Below, piece by piece: positions 40,434 to 52,123 of a stretch of 64,000 nucleotides of DNA. Source of the DNA: Tubiluchus corallicola (lineage: Eukaryota; Animalia; Priapulida); NCBI GenBank assembly GCA_030141605.1, contig JAQGDQ010000237.1:62001-126000 (forward strand). The letters are read 5' to 3'. Made by a program: the position numbers and the translations under genes. Below the pieces are notes generated by a model. It was not told where the DNA came from, did not search any database, and was given only the letters and a program-made list of their open reading frames with translations. Numbering within the stretch: position 1 is the stretch's first letter; each line of letters begins with the position of its first letter.

Positions 40434-40600
40434 CTTGATCAAGACCAAGATGAGAAAGGCAACGACTAGTAGTAAATGTGACCACAATCACACGATGTGC
40501 AAGAATGTCTTCTTTGGCTGGCATTGTAAAGCTGTCTCCCTTCTCACCGATAAGACAGTATTTTTGTACTACGGTATTCACAGTTTGAACCCACCGATTC
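40434..40600 (-). CDS. HELZ: HELZ exon 15
   Basis: NRWVQTVNTVVQKYCL...HRVIVVTFTTS. Confidence 0.92.
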
Positions 40601-40728
40601 CTGCAGAATGCAATAGATTTAATTTCAATTTTTAAAGCAAAAAAGGCTTTCTCTTCTTTCTGTTATAATTTAACAACGTACAATATCAAATAATAATGGC
40701 ATAAACACGCAATTACGATAGTTTTTAG

Positions 40729-41434
40729 CTCCTTCAAGACCGCACCATTCAAAATAGGTCTTATAAGACATTATGACTTTTCTTCTACTGTATGAGCACA
40801 GACATAATTAAATGATTACAAATTAGGTACTGTTCTATTCAAGAATATCATGGCTATCCAATCATGCTATTTGTTTAAACACTTATAAGTGATTTAATTA
40901 GATAAAATTAAGAAAAACACGCCCTTTTCAGGCACTCCAACTTAGCCTATCGAGTAGCTTAGTCTGGTTACACTTGCTTGATCATACACACTATATGCTA
41001 CAGCCCAAAAGAACTGTCTGCTGTACTGAGTTCCAAGAAAAGCCAGCCAATCAGCCAAGGAGAAATTAAACTCATTTCATCTTTTAACAGGAATTTCTCT
41101 TTAAAAATAGAGTAGACTTGAAACCAAAGTTATCAGTGTTGTCTGGATAATTGAAATTTTCTGAATAGACGATTTCACACAAGTGATACTGTACATTGTT
41201 ACAGTGCAAACACTGCAGTTACTGAAAGCTATTTTCAATTATTTCATTAAAAATCAATTTCTAGATTGTCTAATGTAAGCAAATACATTTCATATATAAT
41301 TTTGCATGAAAGTCCTTTGTGTGAGGAGTAGAAACCTACAAAACTTATCGAATATAACATAATGGCTGCTTAGTGAGAGCAGGTTTTTCATGAACCAGTG
41401 CAAAATGCGGCAAATGCTTAGGGTCCTGAAGAAG
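40729..41434. mobile_element. TTAA-type MITE, family A copy 2 (inverted)
   Basis: Shares internal sequence with 15508-16089 (e.g. GGCACTCCAACTTAGCCTAT); a partial third copy starts at 45442. Confidence 0.75.
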
Positions 41435-41918
41435 TTAAATCAAATCTGCCTGAAAAATGAGCAAAGAAAAAGTCAGGGGTGAGCCTGGATATGAACCAGA
41501 GACCTTCAGACCACTTGACCACACAGTCCCTTGAGTTCAAGACAAACCTTAGTTAATCCTGACTGCTAATCCATCATAGCACCGGATTTGTATATCAAAT
41601 GCAAATTGAATTCTAGCTTTTCATTTCCTTTCTTTATGGTCACATTCGGTTTCAATAACCACTGAGCTTATTCCATCAATAATTGATCATTTTAGATTAA
41701 AACTATAAACAATTAATGCAGTATCAATGCTTCAACATATTTTCTTTTGGATTTTCGTTGCTTTATCCCGTCAAATTAAAACTGATCATAATCTTTGAAA
41801 TCTGAAGCAACTAGAAACGACAAAATCAATTAATTTCTCAATACATGGGCGTGAAAGAAAGATGCTTTTTATCTCGGTGTGCATCTAACTTATAAAATAA
41901 GACAAGTTAGTTATTAAT

Positions 41919-41999
41919 CTGTACAACCTAGCCACTGGGGGGGGGAAGCCAGGCCAACTCAGTGCCGGTCCCAAGCCCGGATAAATAGGGAGGGTAGGG
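41919..41999 (+). ncRNA. Twister ribozyme (P1 type) at the 5' end of an RTE-derived element
   Basis: GCCGGTCCCAAGCCCGGATAAA (41964-41985) followed by GGAGGG matches the core I recall for the rice Osa-1-4 twister. P2 CCT/AGG, P3 ACTGGG/CTCAGT, P4 CGG/CCG can form; P1 is imperfect. Confidence 0.8.
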
Positions 42000-42419
42000 T
42001 CAGGAACGGCATCCGCCTGTAAAAACTGTGCCAAAACCTTCTATGAATGAGTCGGTGAGACTTAAAGGGAAAGTCCACAAAGAAGTGGTTAGACCCGCTC
42101 TAATCTATAGGCTGGAAGCAGCTTCTCTAAAGAAGACCGAAGAGAAGAAAATGGGTGTGGTGGAGATGAGGCTGTTGAGATGGATGCTGGGAATAACAAG
42201 AAGAGATAAAATTAGAAATAATAATATCAGAGAAACAGTAAAAGTAGTGGAAGCCTCGCAAGATTGCGATGGTATGGACACCTGAACAGAAGAGTTGGTG
42301 AAGATCTTGTGGGAATTGAAGACATAAATGAAGAGATGGTCAACAACAGGAATGCGTGGAGAAGACTCATTCACAATGGCGACCCCGAATAGGGAAAAGC
42401 TGGGAAGAAGAAGAAGAAG
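41927..42419 (+). mobile_element. Internally deleted, non-autonomous RTE-clade LINE derivative
   Basis: TSD TTATTAATCTGTACAA at 41911-41926 and 42420-42435; RTE-type C-terminal peptide (LKGKVHKEVVRPALIY...EMRLLRWMLGITRRDKIRN); (GAA)n tail. Confidence 0.9.
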
Positions 42420-42514
42420 TTATTAATCTGTACAATATGAAGCAAATATAAACTGGATTTACAGTCAATTTACTTGAAAAGAAACATTACCTATGAAGCA
42501 AAAACGGAACTTAC

Positions 42515-42601
42515 CTGTAATAAACTCGGAGTGGTTTGGCTTCATTTAACCCGTCCTCAAAAAACTGATGAAAGTAATCTTTTATGTACAAGTCAGCAGC
42601 A
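42515..42601 (-). CDS. HELZ: HELZ exon 14
   Basis: [30 protein letters not shown] completes motif Ia; missing from the ORF track. Confidence 0.92.
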
Positions 42602-42828
42602 CTGAAACAAAGTAATGACGCGATGAGAATCATTTAACTATAGTCTCAAGTGTAATCTAGTCCAACTAAAGCACATTTGGTTCATCACACTATGAACATA
42701 TTTCACTGCATGTCATAAGTAGAATGAAAGAAAGGCCAGAGAGGTGCAAGGTTGAGTCTAGCCCTACCACTCACAATTCCAAGACCAAGTCTGCCAAGAT
42801 AAAGCAGGAAAATATACATGGCAAATAA

Positions 42829-42967
<139 letters not shown>

Positions 42968-43541
42968 CACTATGCACTGTGCACAATAGTACAGCCTATA
43001 GTTAATTACCATCACAAAATTGTGACATTACTTTAAAACTTTAATTCCACCAATATTCCATCAAAACACTGTTTAATTTTATTCATAAGATGTCATTGAC
43101 AGTCTCTGGGAATAGTGCCATTCTGTGGCTTCTCTCGTAAGGAACATGTTTCTCAAATCCCAGATCAAGCACTAAGAAAAACTGCACAATTGCACTCGAT
43201 GACTCAAAAGTCTATACCTTTGGTCACAAGTACTCTCCTCTTAAAACGAAACCATCAAATTTTATGGATAATTTAGTCAAGGTCGCAGTGTCGCAGGTCA
43301 AATTAAAATACACAATTTCATCATTTTCCGGCAAAAGTGCTGACGTTGATCTCCGGCAGGCAAACACATGCAGTGCAGTGCAGCTTATTCACTGCTTTAA
43401 CATACTGATATGACACTGCCAAAAGATCAAAATGACACTGCCATACAATAATAACCAACTCTCATATTTGTGCCTAGAGATCTCAAGGAGTGCTGCGACA
43501 TTCTTTGACAAAAGTCACTAAAAATCATAAAAAATAAATAC

Positions 43542-43748
43542 CTATTAGAATGGGTGCAAATCAAAATTCTTGTGTTCTCCTGTTCCACAATGTTCTTCAC
43601 AGCTTGAGCAAGTGTAAATGTCTTCCCTGTTCCGAAAGGACCAACCAATAGAATGGGAGGAAGCTTGTGATTGATGGCCGTCGTCATGGCAACAATGGCT
43701 TCTTTCTGCTTTGCATTTAGCCTTGGGTCCAGCTTTGAACTCCACTGC
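43542..43748 (-). CDS. HELZ: HELZ exon 13 (Q motif, Walker A)
   Basis: LNAKQKEAI...[16 protein letters not shown]...RILICTHSN. Confidence 0.95.
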
Positions 43749-43874
43749 CTAAGGATACATACAAAGTTTTCTAATGTAAATAGCTCAAAGATCTACTGAG
43801 ATGTGAACCAATGAAAAGAATGGTTTCTATTTGACGTTGAAACCAACGAATCAATAAAATTATATATATATAGA

Positions 43875-44362
43875 GGCTGAAGCTGAGTCAGTTGCTACTA
43901 CATCAGCTGACTCACACAGTAAATCAGCTAGCTCGGCTGAAGCTGAGTCAGTTGCTACTGCATCAGCTGACTCACACAGTAATGAGCTAGCTCGGCTGAA
44001 GCTGAACGAGTTGCTACTACATCAGCTGACTCACACAGTAAATCAGCTAGCTTGGCTGGAGTTGAGGCAGTTGCTACTACATCAGCTGACTCACACAGTA
44101 AATCAGATAGCTTGGCTGGAGCTGAGGCAGTTGCTACTACATCAGCTGACTCACACAGTAAATCAGCTAGCTCGGCTGAAGCTGAATCAGTTGCTACTAC
44201 ATCAGCTGACTCACACAGTAAATCAGCTAGCTCGGCTGAAGCTGAACGAGTTGCTACTACATCAACTTACTCACACAGTAAATCAGCTAGCTTGGCTGGA
44301 GCTGAGGCAGTTACTACTACATCAGCTGACTCACACAGTAAATCAGCTAGCTCGACTGAAGT
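43875..44362. repeat. 60-bp minisatellite, ~8 copies
   Basis: Successive 60-nt lines align (AATCAGCTAGCTCGGCTGAAGCTGA...). Confidence 0.93.
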
Positions 44363-45089
44363 TGACTGACTTTTCAGCCGAGTTGGCTTAAAGGAAAAAT
44401 CAGCTACGTCAACTAAAGCTGCGAATTTTTGTTAACTAAATAAATGACAAATTGTTAGTTAACTGTTAAATTATGGAGACAAATGTTTTAAATAATTCGT
44501 GTTGCTTAAACACAGGAAAAACCTTATGTACAAATTCAAATAATGCATTACAGATCAATTTTTATTGTTATAAATTTCTTACAAATATAATTTAAATCCA
44601 ACTCTTGGCGAGGCTTATCTTGATTACCTACGAATCTATACTGAAACACCAAAATGATCCCCATACATGTGACCAACGTTGTCTATTTGTGTATTTAATT
44701 TTGAATTGACTGCTTTCTGGTTCAAATATTTCTCAAGTTGAGTATCACTGCCAGCACACACACAATTTGACCTCGAATCTACGATGCGTGTGCCATTTTT
44801 CAAGCAGTGATTTGCAGTGTGACGTGATTATCGAAAGAGTGAAAACCTTTGCAGCTGGAAAAAATGTCGGCAGTCGGCAACTAAAGCAGGGTTGGTTATC
44901 GGCTAAGGTCGACTGTAGTAATAAACCGACTGGAGCTCGGCTGGAACGGCGCGGCTCTGATCTCTACATATATATATATATATAGAATTGTTTGACACAA
45001 CTGCAATCACACACCAAAGCAGCATTTCTCACCTATAAAAAGTTCCATAGACAAAAAATCAAACAATTTGATCCAGTGCAACAACTTAC

Positions 45090-45325
45090 TTTGAAGGGGT
45101 CCACGGAATGTTTGGAGTATTCCGGAGATCCGGAAAAACCATGTTCATATCCGGTAGCTTATCGACGGCATAATGCATCTCGCAGAGTGGGAGCCGGTTC
45201 AGTTGAAATTGGACTTCAGCGACGAAGTCGACATCTGCTTCCATATGCAGCTCCTTCACGCAATGAGCAGGTATGCGCAGGTAGATGAAACTTTTACCTT
45301 TATCTTCAACTTTTACTTCATACAC
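45090..45325 (-). CDS. HELZ: HELZ exon 12
   Basis: VYEVKVEDKGK...EVQFQLNRLPLCEMHYAVDKL; AAG acceptor, GTAAGT donor. Confidence 0.9.
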
Positions 45326-45754
45326 CTTTACAACACAGAGGAAACAGTAAATATAGAAATCTTGCAAGTTTTGAGCAAAAACAAAATACATAAGCTAAGA
45401 ACAAGAAGGATCTTACAGAAACTTCTATTTGTGATTGTTAACTCTTTCAGGATAGTAAGCATTTGCTGATTTTTGCATGGCTTCACTCACTAAGCAGTGT
45501 CTACATTATATTTGATAATTTTTGTAGGTTTCCACTCCTCATGCAATGGATTTTCATGTACAATGGATTATAGTTATAAATTTTGTTTTCTCTGTAAAGC
45601 TAGCTGGTGCTCAGAAATATCATTTCTAAAGCGTTGTTTTTCCCACACATAATGAGGAGTTATTAAGTGAAAACTTACAGTATTATCCTTGCTTCATATT
45701 ACAAGCACCCTTTCTTTACAATATTTACCCAGCCATGCTACTGATATAATTTAT

Positions 45755-46411
45755 GGTGTAACACCAAACATGTTACAATTAGTCACCTTATTATATAACT
45801 TATGACGTAACGCTAAACATGTTACAATTAGTTACCTTATTATATAACATATGATGTAACACCAAACATGTTACAATTAGTTACCTTATTATATAACATA
45901 TGACGTAACACTAAACACGTTACAATTAGTTACCTTATTCTAAACGTGTTACAATTAGCTACCTTATTATATAACTTATGACGTAATACTAAACGTGTCA
46001 CAATTAGCTACCTTAATATATAACTCATGACGTAACGCTAAACGTGTCACAATTAGTTACCTTATTATATAACTTATGACGTAACACTAAACACGTTACA
46101 ATTAGTTACCTTAATATATAACATATGATGTAACACTAAACACGTTACAATTAGTTACCTTATTATATAACATATGACGTAACACTAAACACGTTACAAT
46201 TAGTTACCTTATTATATAACTTATGACGTAACACTAAACGTGTTACAATTAGTTACTTTATTATATAACTTATGACGTAACACTAAACGTGTCACAATTA
46301 GTTACCTTATTATATAACTTATGACGTAACACTAAACGTGTTACAATTAGTTACCTTATTATATAACTTATGACGTAACGCTAAACGAGTTACAATTAGT
46401 TACCTTATTAT
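45755..46411. repeat. 49-bp minisatellite, ~13 copies, containing the exon 11 donor
   Basis: GTTACAATTAGTTACCTTATTATATAACTTATGACGTAACACTAAACGT; minus strand AATAAG|GTAACT. Confidence 0.93.
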
Positions 46412-46623
46412 CTTGAGGTTTTCCCTCTGCAGTCAGTCCAGATAATAGCACCATCCAGGTATTGTTCAGCAGTAGTCTTCCTGCTGCTGTGTCTTCCGAA
46501 AGTTCCGATATCAGTTTCATACGAGCGAATAACTCACCACCCTGAGCGTATTTAGCAGTAGAGATTGTTGAAGGCATGAGGAGATAACGATTGATTAGCT
46601 GAAGTTTCGTTTTTACGTTAAAC
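46404..46623 (-). CDS. HELZ: HELZ exon 11
   Basis: FNVKTKLQL...AKYAQGGELFARMKLISELSEDTAAGRLL. Confidence 0.92.
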
Positions 46624-47544
46624 CTGAAATAATTATCAAATTAGTTGGTTAAGAAAAGGAGACACCATTTGGATATATTTACTTTTTCTGAAGTAACCAC
46701 TTTACATCTTATATGTAGTTAAAACAAAGCCAGTGAAAATTAAACCAATATAGGAAATATAAGACAGACACATGAAACAAATCATATTCAAAAACGTACA
46801 AGACAAACATGGCAATTATAAAATGCGAACTTGCATAGCAAAATCGTCCATAAGTCAGCAAATAAGCTTTTCTAGTTATTCACATATCCTGAATTTCCAT
46901 TTCATGAGGATCATTTTGATACCAAACTCATCGCTCTATGTTATTTCCAAGTTGAGATAACCCACGTGGAAGTTGAGGTGCATGCTAAGCACTGAAAAAC
47001 GTAACCTTGAGAAAATCCTCATTAAAGTTTGCCATTGTTTTTTGTGGTGTTTCTACAAATCACTTTTAACCGCACACATGTTGGTTGCTACAGACTTTGC
47101 TACTATTGGAATTTGAAAATGTTTTTTAAAAGTGAATTATTAGTTTCTAACCAAGAAAGCGGGTACAGGGTTACAAAATTAGATTTTTAATATTTTTTAA
47201 ACATTTTCTTGATAATTTGATGCTAGAATATAAAAGTCCAATATGTTTAGTGTTGTGTTTTTATAAAAAACAAGAAATTGATATTTGACCAAATTTTTGG
47301 TGCATTCGACTTTAACGCATCATAATGTAGTTTTAAGTATGCCAACTTATGGACGATTTTGGTCTGCAAGCAAACAATTAGTAAAGAAAGACAATTTGAT
47401 TTTTTAACACGGCATCATTATTCTCATGGCAAATAAATTCAAACTCATAAACGCAAATATTCACGTTTACATGGATAAATTTCACTTAAATCATAAAAGA
47501 AATTATTTTAGAAAGAATTTTAGTCAATACTTTCATTGTTTATA

Positions 47545-47704
47545 AAGCTCTAAACACCATATACCTGGCAATACTTTCGTCATTTATAAAGGTCTAAATC
47601 ATCATATACCTGTCAATACTTTAATTTATATAGGTCTAAATCACCATATACCTGTCAATACTTTCATTTATATAGGTCTAAATCACCATATACCTGGCAA
47701 TACT
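47545..47704. repeat. ~43-bp tandem repeat x4 containing the exon 10 donor
   Basis: CTAAATCACCATATACCTG(G/T)CAATACT repeated. Confidence 0.85.
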
Positions 47705-47941
47705 GCTATACTGTGCCATCTCCTCTATATACAACAGGTCATGCATGCGAGTCGTATAATTGCTCTTAGTGAGAGTCTTCTCCATCACAGACTGTGTGAC
47801 AACAAACTTGGCAGCTTGTGGTGCTGGATAGAAGCTTAAAATGCCCTGATCTTGTTCTGTTAGTGTTGTAGTACTAGAGTAAGGGATGATAGTAAGATGT
47901 GACATTGCTTCCCAGCGCTTGCTATCACAAACTGCTGTATC
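47694..47941 (-). CDS. HELZ: HELZ exon 10
   Basis: DTAVCDSKRW...LTKSNYTTRMHDLLYIEEMAQY (MOV10/HELZ-type NY..RMHDLLYIEE). Confidence 0.92.
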
Positions 47942-48467
47942 CTGTAAAAATGAGTTATAACGTGTAATCTTTTGTAGACGATGAAAATGCCGGAGTTGCG
48001 GAATGGATAAGTGGTGAGTTTGTCTATTTGATAAATTTGAGTGGTAAATTTGAAGCAGGGTCGACAGTGAATGTGAATTTAATGTAAAAATTATGATCAA
48101 ATAAGTTTTGAAATGTCTGTGTTTGTGATGGTAATCAATGACCAATTGTGTTATTATACACCACATATTGTATGATAATAATATTATCTGCTATGTACAT
48201 TTTTCTGCATTAGCTCAGCAGACTTAGACTTCATTAGTAGACAGACAAGCGATTGCTGGAAAAATGCTGTCAAGAGATCTACCGTGCCACCCCTATCAGC
48301 TATGTAACACTGTATTATCTAGTCACTGAAGAGTACTTTTGACGTTGGAAAAGATTCCAGTTCTGCCACAACTTCTTATATTAAAAAGCTCTCATGATCA
48401 AGTTACAGACTCTGACTTGTTGCAATTTGCTTAAATATGCAATTTTAAACATATACAAAGACATGTA

Positions 48468-49090
48468 TAGTAACTCCTCCTCGCTTAACGACTCCCCGTT
48501 TAGTGACGTTTCCTTGTAACGACACTGATCATTTGATAACTTTTTTCACTTAATGGCACGTTTCACTTTAACGAAACGATTTTTTACTCTGCTCAGAGAG
48601 AGCAATTTTTTATTTTATCAACAACATTTTTACCTAATTTGATGCATTAAAACAGTAAATATTGCTTTATTCTGTTCTAAAAATGCACTAGTATCGTGAA
48701 TAGAGTAATTATTATGTATGTTTTTGTTTTCCGACTGACTATTGACGCTACTACTACTAGCAGTTTGTATCAACTATCAAGTGACCAGCGTGCAAACTTT
48801 GTGCAAGGAATTTTGCCTGTAACCTGTTGCTATAGCGACTAAGTATGTAGATAAATTCATAGACTTTGATAAAATTTACAATGTTGCCCTAGAGCTCAGC
48901 TTTGACTTTGCTGTGTTTATTCTCTAAAATGTTTAACTTGTATGACTTAAGCAGCATTGATTTTTGTCTCTGGAATGTATCTCAATTCTTTTACATTATT
49001 TTCTATAGAATCTTGGCTTCACTTAGCGACGTTTCGCTTAACGCTGCGTTTTGCCGAAACACATTAGCATCATCAAGCGAGGACTTACTG
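48468..49090. mobile_element. Tigger-like MITE
   Basis: AGTAACTCCTCCTCGCTTAA...TCAAGCGAGGACTTACTG|TA inverted ends. Confidence 0.6.
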
Positions 49091-49228
49091 TACCTCTTTT
49101 CTCATTGGGCCAAAGGAATTTCCACGCCTCATGTAAAGTATTAAAAAATGCGCTGTATTAAATGTGACTTAATTAAAAAAATTAATAAATGCCAGTGAAC
49201 TGAAACAGAATAAGTTTCACAAAGGTAC

Positions 49229-49366
49229 CTTTGCCTGTTGTAACTTCTCCAAGTCAGAAATAGGAACAGCATCGACACACAAGCGTTGTAAAAGCACCGG
49301 ATCTCTCCCCCAATCCAACACTACAGACTGGCGAAATGTCCCATAGATATCAGTCTTAAAAGTAAC
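49229..49366 (-). CDS. HELZ: HELZ exon 9
   Basis: VTFKTDIYGTFRQSVVLDWGRDPVLLQRLCVDA. Confidence 0.92.
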
Positions 49367-49481
49367 CTGAACAGACGAATACAAAAAATTATAAAGCACT
49401 TGAATAGTTCTTTCACAAACTGCAGGAATTATATTAATTAGAAAAATTTAACAAAAATTAATCTGTACAATAATTTCTAAG

Positions 49482-49633
49482 ATTAATTCAATATGAGGCT
49501 GTTAGTGCTAACGAATCACCTTCACTCTGTATGTATACTCATTGTTTTCCCGGATTAAAATTAATTCATTATGAGGCTGTTAGTGCTAACAAATCACCTT
49601 CACTCTGTATGTATACTCATTGTTTTCCCGGAT
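49482..49633. repeat. ~79-bp duplication of the exon 8 3' end plus donor
   Basis: TATGAGGCTGTTAGTGCTAAC..ATCACCTTCACTCTGTATGTATACTCATTGTTTTCCCGGAT occurs twice. Confidence 0.9.
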
Positions 49634-49780
49634 GTCCTGAGTTCCCACGCTGACCCATTCCTGACAGTTTGTCTCAAGCTTGTGACTTCTCTGCGTTTTC
49701 TTCGTTCCGGAGGAAATGCTCGCGATGAAAAAATGCGCACGGTGAACATCATTCAATAGCGCCACTCTTGTCAAACGCTC
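49598..49780 (-). CDS. HELZ: HELZ exon 8
   Basis: ERLTRVALLNDVHRAHF...NCQEW...YRVK; phase 0/0. Confidence 0.9.
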
Positions 49781-50285
49781 CTGGAAAAGCAAAATGCAAT
49801 TATCTCAATGTTAAGCCGTGAAAACTCATTTTATCATCTCACTGAGTTTTAAGCAAATATTCCAGGCTGTCAGTAAACATCCTCAAAGAAAAGAGTGGCC
49901 ATATTGTAGATAATTCTCATAATTTCTGTTACCTCAAAAAACATTGATATAAACATTTAATGGTGTCTTAAATACCTCTGCAAAATATAATTTTAAATAC
50001 TAAATGTCTACTAATGAGGAGTTATTCGAAATTAAATGCGCTAAATTACAAAAAAATTATTGAAAAATAAATATTCAGTTACACAATGTAATGATAAATT
50101 CCAAGAAGAAGTTATTAGAAGCTTGAAGATTATTAGATGAAACATTATTATTAGATTATTATATCTGTAGTCTTCAATTTTTTTCAAATTTTTTTCACTT
50201 TATGCATTCCCATAAATTTCAAAATGCATTTGTGACAATCGACGGCCAAGTCATGAATGTAAGAATAGTTAATACAAATAATAAC

Positions 50286-50448
50286 CTTTGAAGAAAGAGA
50301 AAACATCCATGATTGTGAACAACGCTTGCTGGAAACAGTCATGGATGAGTCTGATCCACAAGTCAGCTTTACGTAATCCAGCTTCTCTGTCATCACTTTC
50401 TCTGGATTATTAGCCTGCATCCACCTTTCCACTAACTGCTCCATGTAA
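50286..50448 (-). CDS. HELZ: HELZ exon 7
   Basis: YMEQLVERWMQANNPEKVM...WMFSLSSK; canonical splice sites. Confidence 0.9.
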
Positions 50449-50524
50449 CTAACAAAAAACAGGATAACAATCAAAACCCTGAATGAAAAAACATACATGT
50501 CATTCAACCTAACTGAATCTAATG

Positions 50525-51004
50525 CAGGGGTGTGCAAATTATCTGACTAGCCGGGCCACATTAAACTTTCCCGCAATTCCTGCGGGCCACAGGCAGTTTG
50601 ATCAAGGAGCCAAGTACAGAAAGGCCTAATAATGATTTTTTTGCATCCGACCTTCGTACATCATTACTACTACACTCAAGAAACTATTTTAGAAGTTATT
50701 AAAATTTATATTACAAACCATATATTTCTACTTTCAGGACAGATAGTGGTAATTTTATTACAATGCATATTAGTAATGTGTATCACACAGTCTGTGTAGT
50801 ACAGTGACATTAAGCTACAACCATCTTGTACGGGTTAATGGCATCCGGATCTAGTAGAAAAAACTACCCGCACTATCTTTGGCATCGTGGCACGGACTTC
50901 AGCTGGATACACTCAATTAATCGCCAGGGCACTTTCATTAGGTTGAAAACTCTCTTCGCGGGCCGCACAAATTCTCTCAGCGGGCCGCTATTTGCACATA
51001 CCTG
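50525..51004. mobile_element. hAT/Charlie-like MITE
   Basis: CAGGGGTGTGCAAAT / ATTTGCACATACCTG, TSD ATCTAATG/ATCTAATC, subterminal GCGGGCC motifs. Confidence 0.8.
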
Positions 51005-51359
51005 ATCTAATCTAATCATACTGAATAAGGGAATATTTACTAATTAAGACGAATTAGGATTTCTCCTGAAAAAATGACATACCTTAGATTCAAAACAAAT
51101 CTGTCAGCATTAAATTCTACACAAGATTTCTATCATAGAGAAATTGATAATAATAAATGAGCCTCGTCTGACAATTTAGAGTTTAAGCAAACACGAGAGC
51201 ACACAAAGTGGTACAGTACACGTAACTAACAACAATGCAATGGCAATGCATTGCTAGATAACTCCTATCATTTACTTATAAATACTAATCCTTGCATAAC
51301 AATCTGATCTACCCAACATAAGTTCTTGCTTAGACCAAGAACAGAAGAGGACAAGTTAC

Positions 51360-51503
51360 CTGTTCCCCTGAAGATGTTTCTCTTTTGCTTTCTGCATTTT
51401 CATCTGACGGTACTCAAACCGATCTCTCCATTCGAGCAGCTCCTCTTCACTGTGTGCATCGCAGCAGGCGTCTCCAAACTTGCAATGTCCCCCACTTACA
51501 AAT
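51360..51503 (-). CDS. HELZ: HELZ exon 6 (CCCH finger)
   Basis: FVSGGHCKFGDACCDAHSEEELLEWRDR, the HELZ-type C3H1 finger followed by AHSxEELxEW. Confidence 0.92.
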
Positions 51504-51921
51504 CTAAAAGAAATTCTCAATACAAGTCTGTCAAAACTGTTCACTGCACGTACATGTTGTAAATGAAAAATTGATTGTTGTAAATACTGAAAAATTTGGA
51601 TTCAAAATGTTCCTATCGTTATAGTAAACAAAGCAAGCTGGTGTTAGTAACATATTAGGCACTCAGTGACCTTGAATTTGAGCTTCCTATGAAATTTACC
51701 ATAAAAAACAGTTTTTACCAGCCAGTTTTACTGAGTAAGTAAACTATTTTTCTTTTTTAAATCCATCTGTTTCCTGATTTGGCGCTTAAGTAACCCAATA
51801 ACCAGTTGCAACTTAAATGCTTTACACACAAATATTTTATATATTATAAACTCTTGACAAACAGGATTGATCCATTATCAATTATTACTAATATCAAACT
51901 AATAACTACAATAAAGCATAC

Positions 51922-52123
51922 GTTTGGCAAATGATATACTGAGCAGTCGTCAATCCTCGGGGAGGCGGTCGGTGCCGCCACTCCCGACCTTCATCTGACA
52001 GAATAATGCACTGATGGCTTTCCGATCTACAATGTGTTTCCAACTCTGCACTCGTCTTGCATGTTATATCACAGAATGTACAGTACAGCTGGTCCGATTC
52101 ACGATTCTTCGTATTCTTCACGG
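51922..52123 (-). CDS. HELZ: HELZ exon 5 (C2H2-type finger, start of CCCH finger)
   Basis: YCTFCDITCKTSAELETHCRSESH...WRHRPPPRGLTTAQYIIC. Confidence 0.9.
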
